NCBI GenBank assembly: GCA_024636345.1
Contig: JAGXHG010000037.1
Span: 68,191 to 132,190, forward strand
Source of the DNA: Desulfobulbaceae bacterium
GTDB taxonomy: Bacteria; Desulfobacterota; Desulfobulbia; Desulfobulbales; Desulfocapsaceae
Length of the DNA stretch: 64,000 nt
Direction of reading: 5' to 3'
The position numbers and the translations under genes are program-made. Below the pieces are notes generated by a model. The model had not been told where the DNA came from. It made no database searches and saw nothing but the letters and a program-made list of their open reading frames with translations. Of this stretch, positions 20,794-31,564 are shown one piece after another (position 1 is the first letter of the stretch; the number at the start of each line of letters is the position of its first letter).

Positions 20794-21196
20794 TTATAGA
20801 GAATGCCTAAGCTGTAGGATTTAGGAAAAATGAGAACAGCAAATGCAAGATCATGAAATGCGACACAGACACAACACGCACAACAAAGTCATCCCCACTT
20901 CACCATTCCCCTTCTATTATTTTTATCTTTTACTATTTACTCCAGAGGGTACTGAAGCGTAAAGAAAAAATTGGCCAATCACTCATCCAATCCCATTTGA
21001 ACTCTTTTTACAGCAGTGCATCCAAGAAGTGCTTGTCTTTCCATTTATCTTTTGCTATATAATAATGTTCCCTTATGAAAGAATGAACATATTTTCATTC
21101 CCATACGGTATGCATCATAAGCATCGTTTCGAAACAAACGATAAAGATCAACCCTTACAACTTGGTCCCACTCCGGGGCCGCATGAGCGAAAATCC

Positions 21197-22960
21197 ATGA
21201 CAGAGGCACTCACACAATCAACAATCAATGACGAAGAGTTAAGCTTTGCAGAACTCTTTGAGATGGAAGAAAACAGCAGCGTCGTAAATGTTGGCGACGT
21301 AACCTTGGGCACAATCATCGGCGTTGTCGATGGCTATGTTCTGGTTGATGTTGGCGATAAGGCAGAAAGCTATGTTGCCAAATCAGAATTCCAGCTGGAA
21401 GAAGGTAAAGATTTTCAAATCGGCGACACATTTGAGGTCTTTATTGAACGTCGTAAAGACGAAGGTGGACTCCTGCTGTCACGGGAAAAAGCAATTGCCA
21501 TAAAAGTATGGGAAGATATTGCCAAGATTCAGGAAGAGAACGGCACCATTGAGGGCAAAATCGAAAGCAGAGTTAAGGGCGGCATGTCAGTCCATGTTGG
21601 CGTTCCAGCCTTCCTGCCTTATTCTCAGATCGACCTGCGTCCGGTCAAAGACCTGGATGCACTCATCGGCCAGACCTTTGATTTCAAGGTTCTCAAGTTT
21701 AACCGTAAACGAAATAACGTGGTTATTTCACGACGGGCCATCCTTGAGGAGGATCGTAACAAACTGCGCGAGAAGATGCGTTCTATTCTTGAGGAAGGAC
21801 AGATCATCAAAGGCGCCATCACCAACATCACCGACTATGGTCTCTTTATCGACATGGGCGGCATGGATGGCCTTTGCCATATCACCGATCTCTCCTGGGG
21901 ACGGGTCTCTCATCCGGCAAAACTGTACAAGGTCGGCGAGGAACTGGAAGTCAAGGTTCTCAAATATGACAAAGAGAACGATCGCGTTTCCCTCGGCATC
22001 AAACAACTGAAAGAAGACCCATGGGCAACCGTTACCACCCGTTACCCCATTGGCGAAAAAGCCACAGGTAAGGTGGTTTCCATCACGGATTACGGTGTCT
22101 TTATCGAACTGGAAGAAGGTGTAGAAGGACTGATTCATGTCTCCGAAATGACCTGGTCGAAGAAACCCCGTCATCCATCCAAGATCGTCGCAGTGGGCGA
22201 TGAGGTTGAGGTCATGGTTCTGAACATTGAGCCAGAGACCAAACGGATCTCACTGGGCATGAAACAGTTGCAGCCCAACCCGTGGGATCTGGTCACAGAC
22301 TCCTACCCTGTCGGCTCCATCATTGAAGGAAAGGTTAAGAACATTACTGATTTCGGCGTCTTTATCGGCATCGAAGACGGAATTGATGGACTGATCCATG
22401 TCTCCGACCTCTCCTGGACTGAGCGGATCAAACATCCTTCTGAAAAATATGTCAAAGGCCAGACCATCCAAGCGGTTGTCCTGAAGATTGACAAAGAAAA
22501 CGAGCGCTTTTCTCTTGGTATCAAGCAGCTTGAGCCAGATCCATGGCAGGCTGCCTATAATAACTATCCATCCGGCACCGTCATCGAAGGCACCATCACC
22601 AATGTCACTGACTTTGGTGTATTCGTGCAGCTTGAGGAAGGTATCGAAGGACTGGTCCATGTCTCTGAGCTCAGCAAAGAGAAGATCAAGACCCCAATCG
22701 GCGTCTATCAGGTTGGCGACACCCTGAAGGCAATTGTCATTAACGTATCGGCAAAAGACAGGAAGATCGGCCTCTCCATCAAGACTCTCGAAGGCGATAG
22801 TGACGAACCTGCTGCTGAAGGCCAGACCGCTCCGAAAAAAGAAGCTTCCGCAACCTCAGGAGCAGCCGCTGCAGCCGCAGCAGCTCCAGCCACCTTGGGT
22901 GATCTCATGAAGGCCGCTGCAAGCGGACAGACCGATGAAGAACCAACCGAAGAGAGCTAA
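21197..22960 (+). CDS. rpsA: 30S ribosomal protein S1
   Basis: Six S1 repeats (...ITDYGLFIDMGG.DGL.HI.. etc.). The start is set at MTEALTQST (21197). The ORF-track N-terminal 56 aa is non-homologous. An Ala-rich acidic tail follows. Confidence 0.93.
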   Translation: MTEALTQSTINDEELSFAELFEMEENSSVVNVGDVTLGTIIGVVDGYVLVDVGDKAESYVAKSEFQLEEGKDFQIGDTFEVFIERRKDEGGLLLSREKAIAIKVWEDIAKIQEENGTIEGKIESRVKGGMSVHVGVPAFLPYSQIDLRPVKDLDALIGQTFDFKVLKFNRKRNNVVISRRAILEEDRNKLREKMRSILEEGQIIKGAITNITDYGLFIDMGGMDGLCHITDLSWGRVSHPAKLYKVGEELEVKVLKYDKENDRVSLGIKQLKEDPWATVTTRYPIGEKATGKVVSITDYGVFIELEEGVEGLIHVSEMTWSKKPRHPSKIVAVGDEVEVMVLNIEPETKRISLGMKQLQPNPWDLVTDSYPVGSIIEGKVKNITDFGVFIGIEDGIDGLIHVSDLSWTERIKHPSEKYVKGQTIQAVVLKIDKENERFSLGIKQLEPDPWQAAYNNYPSGTVIEGTITNVTDFGVFVQLEEGIEGLVHVSELSKEKIKTPIGVYQVGDTLKAIVINVSAKDRKIGLSIKTLEGDSDEPAAEGQTAPKKEASATSGAAAAAAAAPATLGDLMKAAASGQTDEEPTEES

Positions 22961-23105
22961 CAAGATTCTCCCAGGATCAGGAGTCGTTTTAAGTACATCC
23001 TGCCTGTGCCATTTCGCAATGGCCGTGAACGGATGAAGAGCAACCGGCTCCTGATGTAGTGTTCCCCCAGAGTTTCAGGAACATCTTACCCGAGCTCATA
23101 ACATA

Positions 23106-23156
23106 AAAGGTTGTTTTGCCTAAAGAAATAATTACTGGCAAAACAACCTTTTTTTA
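23106..23156 (+). terminator. Rho-independent terminator of rpsA
   Basis: AAAGGTTGTTTTGCC-(16 nt)-GGCAAAACAACCTTT followed by a T-run. Confidence 0.85.
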
Positions 23157-23187
23157 TAACAATATTTCTTAAGTCACTCTACTAAAC

Positions 23188-23466
23188 ATGTTAAAAAAAG
23201 AACTTATCGATCAGGTCAGTACGGATCTCACCCTCTCAAAACAGGACGTCACCGCCGCCCTGGAGATCATGCTGACGACCATGCGGAATGCTTTAATTGA
23301 AAAAAGAAGAATCGAGCTTCGTGGTTTTGGCAGTTTTTCCATTCGAAAACGGAAAGAGCGAAGCACCAAAAATCCAAAAACCGGCGTTATCATGGATATT
23401 CCGGAAAGAAAAACCGTCCACTTCACCATGAGCAGGTCACTGAAAGAGCCGCTGATCAAGGACTAA
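23188..23466 (+). CDS. ihfB: Integration host factor beta subunit (HU/IHF family)
   Basis: 92 aa with the motif IELRGFGSFSIRKRKERSTKNPKTG. It follows rpsA, matching the rpsA-ihfB synteny of E. coli. Confidence 0.85.
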   Translation: MLKKELIDQVSTDLTLSKQDVTAALEIMLTTMRNALIEKRRIELRGFGSFSIRKRKERSTKNPKTGVIMDIPERKTVHFTMSRSLKEPLIKD

Positions 23467-23567
23467 GGTAAGGCTGATCAGAAAAACCCTTCCGGATTAT
23501 TCACTACGGAGGATAGAGCTTCGGTTTATGTGCACAATAAAGGCGGGGAAACTACGGTTTTTTTTTA

Positions 23568-24179
23568 TTAAAGAAACGGGGTAATATCACCCTTCCCTTC
23601 ACGCAGGATCTCTGGGTGATCACCGGTCAGATCGATGAGCGATGATGGATCAGGATATACCGGTCCACCGTCAACAATGACCTCAACCCTGTTTCCCAGA
23701 ATCATGTCAATTTCGTACGCCTCGGTGGGTACAGGGTGATCGCTTTCTACCGGAATACTGGTATTGACAATGGGATTACCAAGTGTCTCCAGAAGCAGTC
23801 GGCAGATGGGATTGTCCGGAACCCGGATACCTACGGTTTTCTGCTTTGTCGCCATACTCTTAGGCACAAGTTTCGTTCCTGGAAGAACAAAGGTGTAGGC
23901 CCCAGGAAGATTTTTTTTCATCAGACGATAGGCCGTATTTGACACATGAGCATATTCGCTGATATTGGTCAGGCTGGAACACATAAACGAAAAAGGTTTA
24001 CCCGCGGGTCTTTTTTTTATCTGCATCAAGCGTTTAATCGCCTTTTGATGAAACAGATCACACCCAACTCCATAACCGGTATCCGTTGGATAACAAACAA
24101 TTGCCCCGGACCGCAGATGTTCAACAACCTGCTGAATCAGACGCAGCTGGGGATTATCAGAATTAATATTGATAAACAT
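23568..24179 (-). CDS. tsaC: L-threonylcarbamoyladenylate synthase (YrdC/TsaC/Sua5 domain)
   Basis: 203 aa with YPTDTGYGVGC, a KRP..KPF motif and LPGAYTFVL. Confidence 0.85.
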   Translation of the reverse strand: MFININSDNPQLRLIQQVVEHLRSGAIVCYPTDTGYGVGCDLFHQKAIKRLMQIKKRPAGKPFSFMCSSLTNISEYAHVSNTAYRLMKKNLPGAYTFVLPGTKLVPKSMATKQKTVGIRVPDNPICRLLLETLGNPIVNTSIPVESDHPVPTEAYEIDMILGNRVEVIVDGGPVYPDPSSLIDLTGDHPEILREGKGDITPFL

Positions 24180-24572
24180 ACCTTCATCTCTCTTTTGAGG
24201 AGCGGATTCGAAAGAACCATCGTCTTTACACTACGGCCAGTCAGGCACCAGCGCTACAGCACCTGATGCCAGATTTGGCATTTAAAAATACCGACAGTAC
24301 TTTTTTTTTATTACAACGATCTACTTTAAATAAATCATACTCTCAGGGTGAAAATCAACACTCTCCCCAAAAAAAGAAGAAATCAGGCACATCCTGAAAA
24401 AGGTTTGAGCTTTTATCCTGAAATGCTACACTGTTCAGAAGGTAAAATGTATTCTTAGCGGATTCTCACTCCTGTCTTCTGCATCCCCTGTACTTAACAC
24501 TGAAAACGTATAACTTAAAACTATTAAATTCTGACTATTCTGTTCACTTGAACCTTGTGATAGGAGCCTTCC

Positions 24573-26036
24573 ATGTTACCAGACACCATAGAGCTAGCCC
24601 TTACCTTCGATGACCTGTTGCTTGTTCCCTCAGCCTCCGAGGTTCTTCCCAATGAAGTCTCCCTCGCCACCAGATTGACAGACACCCTTACCCTGAACGC
24701 CCCGCTGATCAGCGCGGCCATGGATTCAGTTACCGAACACCGGACAGCCATTGCCATGGCCCGTGAAGGCGGGATCGGCATTATCCATAAAAATATGGGT
24801 ATCGCCAAACAGGCTAAAGAAGTGGAACAGGTCAAAAAATCTGAATCAGGGATGATCATTGACCCGATTACTGTGCGGGAAGATCAATGTGTGGCTGATG
24901 TAGAGAAGATCATGGCCAAATACAAGATCTCCGGGCTGCCCGTATTGCGCGAGGGTAAGCTGGTGGGTATTGTCACCAACCGAGATCTGCGATTTGTCTC
25001 TGACAGCGATCTGCGGGTGGGCGATGTAATGACCAGCAAAAACCTGGTGACCGCCAAAGTAGGCATTGACATGGAACACTCCAAGGCCCTGCTTCATGAG
25101 CACCGCATTGAAAAATTGCTGGTGGTAGACGATTTCGGGAATCTGGCCGGACTGATCACCATCAAAGATCTGGAAAAGATACGCAAATATCCTCTGGCTG
25201 CCAAGGATCACCTGGGCCGCCTCCTGGTGGGTGCAGCTCTGGGCGTTGGACCTGGCATTGAGGCCAGTGCCCAGAAGCTGGTCGACGCAGGTGTGGATGT
25301 TGTGGTCATGGACTCTGCCCATGGTCACTCTCGTGGAGTTTTGCGGGCGGTCGAGGCCATCAAGAGCGCCTTTCCTGACCTGCCGATCATTGCCGGCAAT
25401 GTGGCCAGCTACGAAGGCACTCTCGCCCTGATCAAGGCAGGCGCCAATGCGGTCAAGGTGGGAGTGGGGCCAGGATCCATCTGTACCACACGTATTGTGG
25501 CAGGCGTGGGTGTCCCCCAGATGAGCGCCCTGAAAAACTGTGTGGCTGCCGCGGCCCCGTATGGTATTCCCATTATCTCAGATGGCGGGATTAAACACTC
25601 CGGCGATCTGGCCAAGGCCATAGGTGCCGGGGCTCATGCCATCATGATCGGCTCTCTGTTTGCCGGTACCGATGAAACACCCGGCGAGACATTTTTGTAC
25701 CAGGGCCGGACCTATAAGGGGTATCGGGGCATGGGCTCCATCGGGGCCATGCGCAAAGGTTCCTCTGATCGCTATTTTCAGTCTGAGGTAAGCAGCCAAT
25801 CCAAGCTGGTCCCCGAAGGTATTGAAGGAAAAGTCCCTTACCGCGGGCCTCTTGCCGATGTTATCTACCAGCTCCTGGGTGGACTTCGTTCCGGTATGGG
25901 CTATGTCGGTGCCGCCACCATTGAGGAGCTTCGCGAAAAGGCCAAATTTGTCCGTATCTCCGCCGCAGGTCTTCGAGAATCCCATGTCCATGACGTGATT
26001 ATCACCAAAGAGGCACCAAACTATCGGACGGCATAA
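24573..26036 (+). CDS. guaB: IMP dehydrogenase
   Basis: Inserted CBS pair, catalytic loop [11 protein letters not shown] and GGIKHSGD. Confidence 0.96.
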   Translation: MLPDTIELALTFDDLLLVPSASEVLPNEVSLATRLTDTLTLNAPLISAAMDSVTEHRTAIAMAREGGIGIIHKNMGIAKQAKEVEQVKKSESGMIIDPITVREDQCVADVEKIMAKYKISGLPVLREGKLVGIVTNRDLRFVSDSDLRVGDVMTSKNLVTAKVGIDMEHSKALLHEHRIEKLLVVDDFGNLAGLITIKDLEKIRKYPLAAKDHLGRLLVGAALGVGPGIEASAQKLVDAGVDVVVMDSAHGHSRGVLRAVEAIKSAFPDLPIIAGNVASYEGTLALIKAGANAVKVGVGPGSICTTRIVAGVGVPQMSALKNCVAAAAPYGIPIISDGGIKHSGDLAKAIGAGAHAIMIGSLFAGTDETPGETFLYQGRTYKGYRGMGSIGAMRKGSSDRYFQSEVSSQSKLVPEGIEGKVPYRGPLADVIYQLLGGLRSGMGYVGAATIEELREKAKFVRISAAGLRESHVHDVIITKEAPNYRTA

Positions 26037-26137
26037 TCACCTGCCGGGTTAAAGGGCTATTATCGTGCAAAAAGACACTATAAAATAACCAGTTACGCTG
26101 AACGCTAACTTAAATTTTAACTTTCGTTCTCTCTATC

Positions 26138-27676
26138 ATGAAAAAAATCCTCATCCTTGATTTTGGTTCACAAACTACCCAGCTTATTGCCAGACGTATC
26201 CGGGAACAGAAGGTGTACTGCGAGATCCACCCCTACTCCACCCCCCTTGAGAAGATCAAGGAACTGGCCCCGGAGGGCATTATCCTTTCCGGCGGACCGG
26301 CCTCAGTCTATGATAGCGATGCCCCTTTGTCCGACCCCGCTCTCTTTGAACTGGGTTTGCCTATCTTAGGAATCTGTTACGGGGCCCAGCTCATGATTCA
26401 GCAACTGGGCGGCAAGGTCGAGAAGGCGGAAAAACGGGAATTCGGCAAGGCTGACCTTTCTGTCCAGTTTACCGGTGGACTTTTTGCCGGCCTGGAAACC
26501 AGCCCTGTTCATCACCAGGTCTGGATGAGCCATGGAGACCGGGTAGAAGTGGCGCCCGAAGGCTTTGAGGCCACCGCCACCAGCAGCCATTCGCCCTTTG
26601 CCGCCCTCAGACACAAGGAAAAGCCCTTTGTCGCCGTCCAGTTTCACCCTGAAGTCGCCCACACCCTGATCGGCACTGACATCCTGCGCAACTTCATCTT
26701 CGGTATCTGCGACTGCCAGCCGGACTGGACCATGCACTCCTTTATCGAGTCCACGGTTGCCGCCATCCGCAATAAAGTAGGGATCAACAAGGTCATCTGC
26801 GCCCTCTCCGGCGGTGTTGATTCCTCCGTCACCGCCGCCCTGATCCATCGTGCCATCGGCGATCAACTGACCTGCATCTACGTCAATAACGGTCTGATGC
26901 GCATCGGGGAATCTGAGTCCATCCTTCGCTTTTTCAAGGAAAAGTCCAAGCTCAAGGTCATTGATGTGGAGGCAACCGAATTTTTTCTCAATGAACTGGC
27001 TGGTGTGGTTGACCCGGAGGTCAAACGAAAACGGATTGGTCTTGGTTTTATCAAGATCTTTGAAGAAGAGGCCAAAAAACTTGGTGAAGTCAACTACCTG
27101 GCCCAGGGAACCCTCTACCCTGATGTGATCGAATCGGTCTCCTTTCGCGGCGCGGCCCCCATAAAAGCCCATCACAATGTTGGCGGCCTGCCCGATATCA
27201 TGAAACTGGACCTGATCGAGCCGCTGCGCGAGCTGTTCAAGGACGAGGTGCGCGAACTCGGCCTTGAGCTGGGACTGCCGGAAGAGGCCATCTACCGCCA
27301 GCCCTTTCCCGGACCGGGACTGGGCATCCGTATCATGGGCGAGGTCACCCGTGAGCGCTTGGAGATCGTGCGTCTGGCCGACGTCATCGTCCTGGAAGAG
27401 ATGAAAAAAAGCGGCTGGTACCGTCAGGTCTGGCAATCCTTTGCCGTATTGCTCCCAATCCAGACCGTAGGGGTCATGGGCGATGGCCGCACCTATGAGA
27501 ATGTCATAGCCCTGCGGGCCGTGGACTCAAAAGACGCCATGACCGCAGACTGGTCGAAACTTCCTTATGAACTTCTGGGGGCCATCTCCAGCCGGATCAT
27601 CAATGAAGTACGCGGGGTCAACAGGGTGGTCTTTGATATCTCCTCCAAACCTCCTGCCACCATCGAATGGGAGTAA
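26138..27676 (+). CDS. guaA: GMP synthase (glutamine-hydrolysing)
   Basis: GATase domain ([10 protein letters not shown]), PP-loop SGGVDSS and the C-terminal dimerisation domain ending TIEWE. Confidence 0.96.
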   Translation: MKKILILDFGSQTTQLIARRIREQKVYCEIHPYSTPLEKIKELAPEGIILSGGPASVYDSDAPLSDPALFELGLPILGICYGAQLMIQQLGGKVEKAEKREFGKADLSVQFTGGLFAGLETSPVHHQVWMSHGDRVEVAPEGFEATATSSHSPFAALRHKEKPFVAVQFHPEVAHTLIGTDILRNFIFGICDCQPDWTMHSFIESTVAAIRNKVGINKVICALSGGVDSSVTAALIHRAIGDQLTCIYVNNGLMRIGESESILRFFKEKSKLKVIDVEATEFFLNELAGVVDPEVKRKRIGLGFIKIFEEEAKKLGEVNYLAQGTLYPDVIESVSFRGAAPIKAHHNVGGLPDIMKLDLIEPLRELFKDEVRELGLELGLPEEAIYRQPFPGPGLGIRIMGEVTRERLEIVRLADVIVLEEMKKSGWYRQVWQSFAVLLPIQTVGVMGDGRTYENVIALRAVDSKDAMTADWSKLPYELLGAISSRIINEVRGVNRVVFDISSKPPATIEWE

Positions 27677-27682
27677 CACCCG

Positions 27683-28453
27683 ATGCTGAAGACTGGAATT
27701 TATGTGGATGCCGAGAATATCCGCCTGTGCGGCGGCTATGGCATGCGCTACGACATCCTGGTTGATCTGGCCAATCTGGGTAAATCTGTTCTCCTGCGAG
27801 CCAATTCCTATCTGGCGGAAGATCGGGCCCGCACCAAGGATGACCATGAATACCGTCAGAAATTATACCGCTACCATGACATCCTGCGTCAATGCGGCTT
27901 CAAGGTTATCAAAAAATATGTGAAGCATTTTGTCGATGACGAAGGGATTCTCACCACCAAGGCCAATGCTGATATGGACCTGGCCATCGATGCCCTGCTC
28001 CAGGCCCGCAATCTCGACCGCATCATCCTGCTGACCGGCGACGGCGATTTCATCCGTCTGGTGATCGCCCTGCAGAATATGGGCTGCCGGGTTGAGGTTA
28101 TTGCCTTCAACAATGTCAGTGGTCAACTCAAAGAGGTGGCTGACTCCTACCTCTCGGGATTTCTTGTCCCCGGACTCCTCCCTATCCAGGCCTCTCACAA
28201 TGAAAACTGGCAGCGAGGGGTGGCAGTCAACTATAACCCCGAACGGGGTTTCGGTTTTATGCGTTACTATACCATAAAACCGGAAGGCCTGCAGGCAGAG
28301 ACGACTTTTTTCCACTGCTCCAAATCCAACGTCACCAACGATTCACTTTTCCTTGACCCTGCCAGTATCTTTGAATTCCGTATCGTGATCAACACCGACA
28401 ATAATCGCACCGAGGCTTGGGATATCCGGGCCCTGGATGAGCCTTTAGCCTGA
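27683..28453 (+). CDS. NYN (LabA/DUF88, PIN-like) domain protein with a C-terminal cold-shock-like OB domain
   Basis: NYN motifs IYVDAENI, ANADMDLAIDAL and LLTGDGDF. The C-terminus reads GVAVNYNPERGFGFMRY...TFFHCSKS, resembling the CSD RNP1/RNP2 motifs. The start lies 6 nt after the guaA stop. Confidence 0.75.
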   Translation: MLKTGIYVDAENIRLCGGYGMRYDILVDLANLGKSVLLRANSYLAEDRARTKDDHEYRQKLYRYHDILRQCGFKVIKKYVKHFVDDEGILTTKANADMDLAIDALLQARNLDRIILLTGDGDFIRLVIALQNMGCRVEVIAFNNVSGQLKEVADSYLSGFLVPGLLPIQASHNENWQRGVAVNYNPERGFGFMRYYTIKPEGLQAETTFFHCSKSNVTNDSLFLDPASIFEFRIVINTDNNRTEAWDIRALDEPLA

Positions 28454-28482
28454 CGAGGCTAAAAGGTAAAAGGAGGCACAAC

Positions 28483-29976
28483 GTGGCTGACCGTCATCAA
28501 ATCATTCTGGGTGGAAATAAAGAGGGGAAACAGATCCTTTTTGACGCCGGGATGGCCAACCGGCATGGCCTTATCACCGGAGCAACCGGAACCGGTAAAA
28601 CAGTTACCCTGCAGCTCCTGGCAGAATCTTTTTCCAGATTAGGCGTCCCGGTCTTCTCCGCAGATGTGAAGGGTGATCTCTCAGGCATTGCTTGCCCCGG
28701 CCAGGAACATCAGAAAATCACCGACCGGCTCAAGCGGATCGGTTTACAAGAACATTCTTTTGAAGGCTGCCCTGTCCTTTTCTGGAACCTCTTTGGCCAA
28801 ACCGGTCACCCGATTCGTACCACCGTATCCGAAATGGGACCGATTCTTCTGGCCAACCTGTTGAGCTTAAATGAAACTCAGAGCGGCATCCTGCATGTGG
28901 CCTTTACTGTGGCTGATGCACAGGGTCTCCTGCTGCTGGATCTGAAAGACCTGCATTCCATGCTGGCCTGGATGGTGGAACACCGGCAGGAGCTGGCAAA
29001 GAAATATGGTAATTTATCAACCCCGAGCATCACAACCATCCAGCGCAACCTGCTGGTATTGAAAGAATCGGGCGGAATAAACTTCTTTGGCGAACCGGCG
29101 CTCAAGATTCAAGACCTGATGCGCACCGATTTTTCCGGCCGCGGGGTTGTGAGTCTCCTTGATGCCTCCACCCTCTACTCCAGCCCGAAAATCTACACCT
29201 CGTTTCTGCTCTGGCTCCTCTCTGAACTGATGGAAGAACTGCCGGAACGCGGCGATGCCCCCCTGCCCAAACTGGTCTTTTTCTTCGACGAGGCTCACCT
29301 CCTGTTCGATAATGCCCCAGATGCCCTCCTGCAACGCATCACCCAGGTAGTCCGCCTGATCCGGTCCAAGGGTGTGGGAATTTTCTTTGTCAGTCAATAT
29401 CCTAACGACATCCCGGATGAGGTACTTGGCCAGCTGGGATGCCGGATTCAACACGCCCTGCGGGCCTTCACCCCGAAAGATCAAAAGGCTGTCCGTGTTG
29501 CGGCAGAGACCTTCCGCCAGAATCCACAGCTCGACACCGAAACAATGATTACCCAACTCGGCACCGGGGAGGCCCTCGTCTCAACTTTGGACGACCAGGG
29601 CAGGCCGACCATGGTTGACTGGTGCCTGCTCAGCCCGCCCCGTTCTCATATCGGACCAGTGGAAAACACAGAACGGGAACGCCTTTTCACTAACTCACCC
29701 CTGAAGGGTCTCTATGACATGCCCGTTGACCGGGAGTCTGCCTATGAAATATTAACAGAACGAGCTGCTGCTCTCCAACCGCCCCCGACACCGGAACCCC
29801 AAGGCCAGAACAGTATAACGCGGCAGGTCATTAATGCCGGGAAATCAGCATTCGGCGGAGGCCAACGGCAATCGGTAGGAGAGGCCCTGCTCAAATCCGT
29901 GGTCCGCACTGTCGGCTCCCAAATTGGCCGTTCACTGATCCGTGGTATCCTTGGTTCCTTTACGGGTAGGAGATAG
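28483..29976 (+). CDS. HerA/FtsK-like ATPase of the DUF853 (YjgR) family
   Basis: GTG start 6 nt after AGGAGG. The motif MANRHGLITGATGTGKTVTLQLLAESFSRLGVPVFSADVKGDL is near-identical in pattern to E. coli YjgR as I remember it. Walker B is FFFDEAH. Confidence 0.85.
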   Translation: MADRHQIILGGNKEGKQILFDAGMANRHGLITGATGTGKTVTLQLLAESFSRLGVPVFSADVKGDLSGIACPGQEHQKITDRLKRIGLQEHSFEGCPVLFWNLFGQTGHPIRTTVSEMGPILLANLLSLNETQSGILHVAFTVADAQGLLLLDLKDLHSMLAWMVEHRQELAKKYGNLSTPSITTIQRNLLVLKESGGINFFGEPALKIQDLMRTDFSGRGVVSLLDASTLYSSPKIYTSFLLWLLSELMEELPERGDAPLPKLVFFFDEAHLLFDNAPDALLQRITQVVRLIRSKGVGIFFVSQYPNDIPDEVLGQLGCRIQHALRAFTPKDQKAVRVAAETFRQNPQLDTETMITQLGTGEALVSTLDDQGRPTMVDWCLLSPPRSHIGPVENTERERLFTNSPLKGLYDMPVDRESAYEILTERAAALQPPPTPEPQGQNSITRQVINAGKSAFGGGQRQSVGEALLKSVVRTVGSQIGRSLIRGILGSFTGRR

Positions 29977-30269
29977 TAGAAAAACATGTAGTTTTAGATG
30001 GTCAAAACAGAAGGCGGTTGCTTCTTTCTCAATAACCGCACGCCTTTTACCATGACCTGCTTTATAAACTCCTTACCAAGTACGGCAGAAACATGCCTCG
30101 CCATAAGTTTTCATTCAAACAGAAACCGCTCTGGGAAAATTTATGAAACAGCACTGATCTTCATTAGTGTACATTTTTCATTTATCATGCTATTTCTCTT
30201 TTAAGGAAATCAATTTCTACGAGTTTTCGGCAACACTGCCACGCAACCCTTAATGCGCGAAAAATCACC

Positions 30270-31370
30270 ATGAGTTTTCCAAAAGTCCTGTTCAAGGTCA
30301 CTGAAAATAACAAATGCCCCCTCTTCAGCTTCGGTGACACCTTCAGCGTGACCGGTATCACTATCTCCATGTCGAATACAGAAGAAAATACTCTTTTCAG
30401 CACGGTCATAATCACGTCCCCCCTCGAAAAAGAAAAATGCAAGGTCCTGAGCAGTGACTTAACCAAGATCCTCATCCAGTACGAACGAGCGGATAAAATC
30501 CCGGTCTGCCTGGTCACCTGCAGTGGCTGCAGTGGTTCTCTCCGTCTGGAACACTGCCAAGAGGACACCCTGGAGGACCTGGAATTCGATACTGACTCAA
30601 ACCCAGCTGAGTTGGACTCCATATTGCATTTACTCAGTGCTTTTGAATTCTTCAAAAGCATCGACGAAAAAAATATCAAAAAAGTGGCGCAATACTTCAA
30701 GGTTAACAAGTTCAAGACGGATGACATTGTCATCCGCAAGGGAAGCCCTGGCGGCAATTTTTTCATCATCGTGACAGGAAGTGTTAATGTGATCAACAAA
30801 GTGGGAATCACCATTTCCACCTTGAAACAGGGTGATGTCTTTGGCGAGATGAGTCTGATCTGTAACGATCCCGTCAGCGCAACCATTCAGGTCTGCGAAC
30901 CCGCAGCCATCCTGTACATCGACCGGAAAAACTTCCTGAAAATTCTTGATCAATATCCCGCCATTCAACTCTACTTTACCCGTTTGATGGCAAAACGACT
31001 CAGCAAGTCCAACACGATTCGAGCCCAGGATCTTTCCTCGGGAATGATCGGGAATCTTGCCGAAATCCCGGCCGAAGCCCTTTTCCAGATCCTCAACATG
31101 AACCAAAAGACCGGAATCCTGACCATCACCGAGCTTTCCATGGGTACAGCCCGTTTTTCCTTCCGACACGGAGCTCTCATCAAGGCCAAATATGCCGACA
31201 TTAGCGGTGAAGGAGCCTTTTACGAAATTCTGAAAGAGCCGGAAGGGCGATTCCGTTTTAATCCCGGCATTCCGACTGAGGAATTCGAAATTCCTGAAAT
31301 TGGTTATTTTATGAAACTGCTCATGGAGGGAATGCGGCGCCTTGATGAGGGCCGCAATCAAATCAACTGA
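30270..31370 (+). CDS. Cyclic-nucleotide-binding domain protein with C-terminal DUF4388 (PATAN-like) domain and a Cys-rich N-terminal domain
   Basis: cNMP-binding core (FFKSIDEKNIKKVA...GDVFGEMSLI...) and a DUF4388-like region (GNLAEIPAEALFQILNMNQKTGILTI...). The first ~100 aa carry C16, C57, C80, C84, C87 and C96. Confidence 0.75.
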   Translation: MSFPKVLFKVTENNKCPLFSFGDTFSVTGITISMSNTEENTLFSTVIITSPLEKEKCKVLSSDLTKILIQYERADKIPVCLVTCSGCSGSLRLEHCQEDTLEDLEFDTDSNPAELDSILHLLSAFEFFKSIDEKNIKKVAQYFKVNKFKTDDIVIRKGSPGGNFFIIVTGSVNVINKVGITISTLKQGDVFGEMSLICNDPVSATIQVCEPAAILYIDRKNFLKILDQYPAIQLYFTRLMAKRLSKSNTIRAQDLSSGMIGNLAEIPAEALFQILNMNQKTGILTITELSMGTARFSFRHGALIKAKYADISGEGAFYEILKEPEGRFRFNPGIPTEEFEIPEIGYFMKLLMEGMRRLDEGRNQIN

Positions 31371-31564
31371 TAGCTATAGGAAAAAGTAGCCACTGAGAAA
31401 ATTGGCTATGCCCCCATCGGGGCGCCCCTTGAGGACATTGAAAAATTGCGGAGTCATATCAAACAGGTGCCCTCTAATGTATTCGTTCCCTATTTCACCG
31501 ATGCCGACGAGGACAGCCGCATTCATATCGGAGACAGGAGCAGACACTATCCAGTTCAACCAGA

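Noticed and set aside
21029-21196. N-terminal extensions in ORF-track models: rpsA 21029, tgt 10566, acn 17402, nfeD 6107, permeases 2137 and 3267, porin 39482, and NMO 55070.
   Set aside because: The extensions are non-homologous to the respective families. They overlap upstream genes or promoters, or begin at non-ATG codons. Internal ATGs with an SD and family-typical N-termini were preferred.
31374-31559. A 61-aa minus-strand ORF starting 5 nt after the phoB stop.
   Set aside because: It starts with TTG, has only a weak SD-like AAGGG, matches no recognisable family, and is overlapped by an equally anonymous + strand ORF. The evidence for coding is insufficient.
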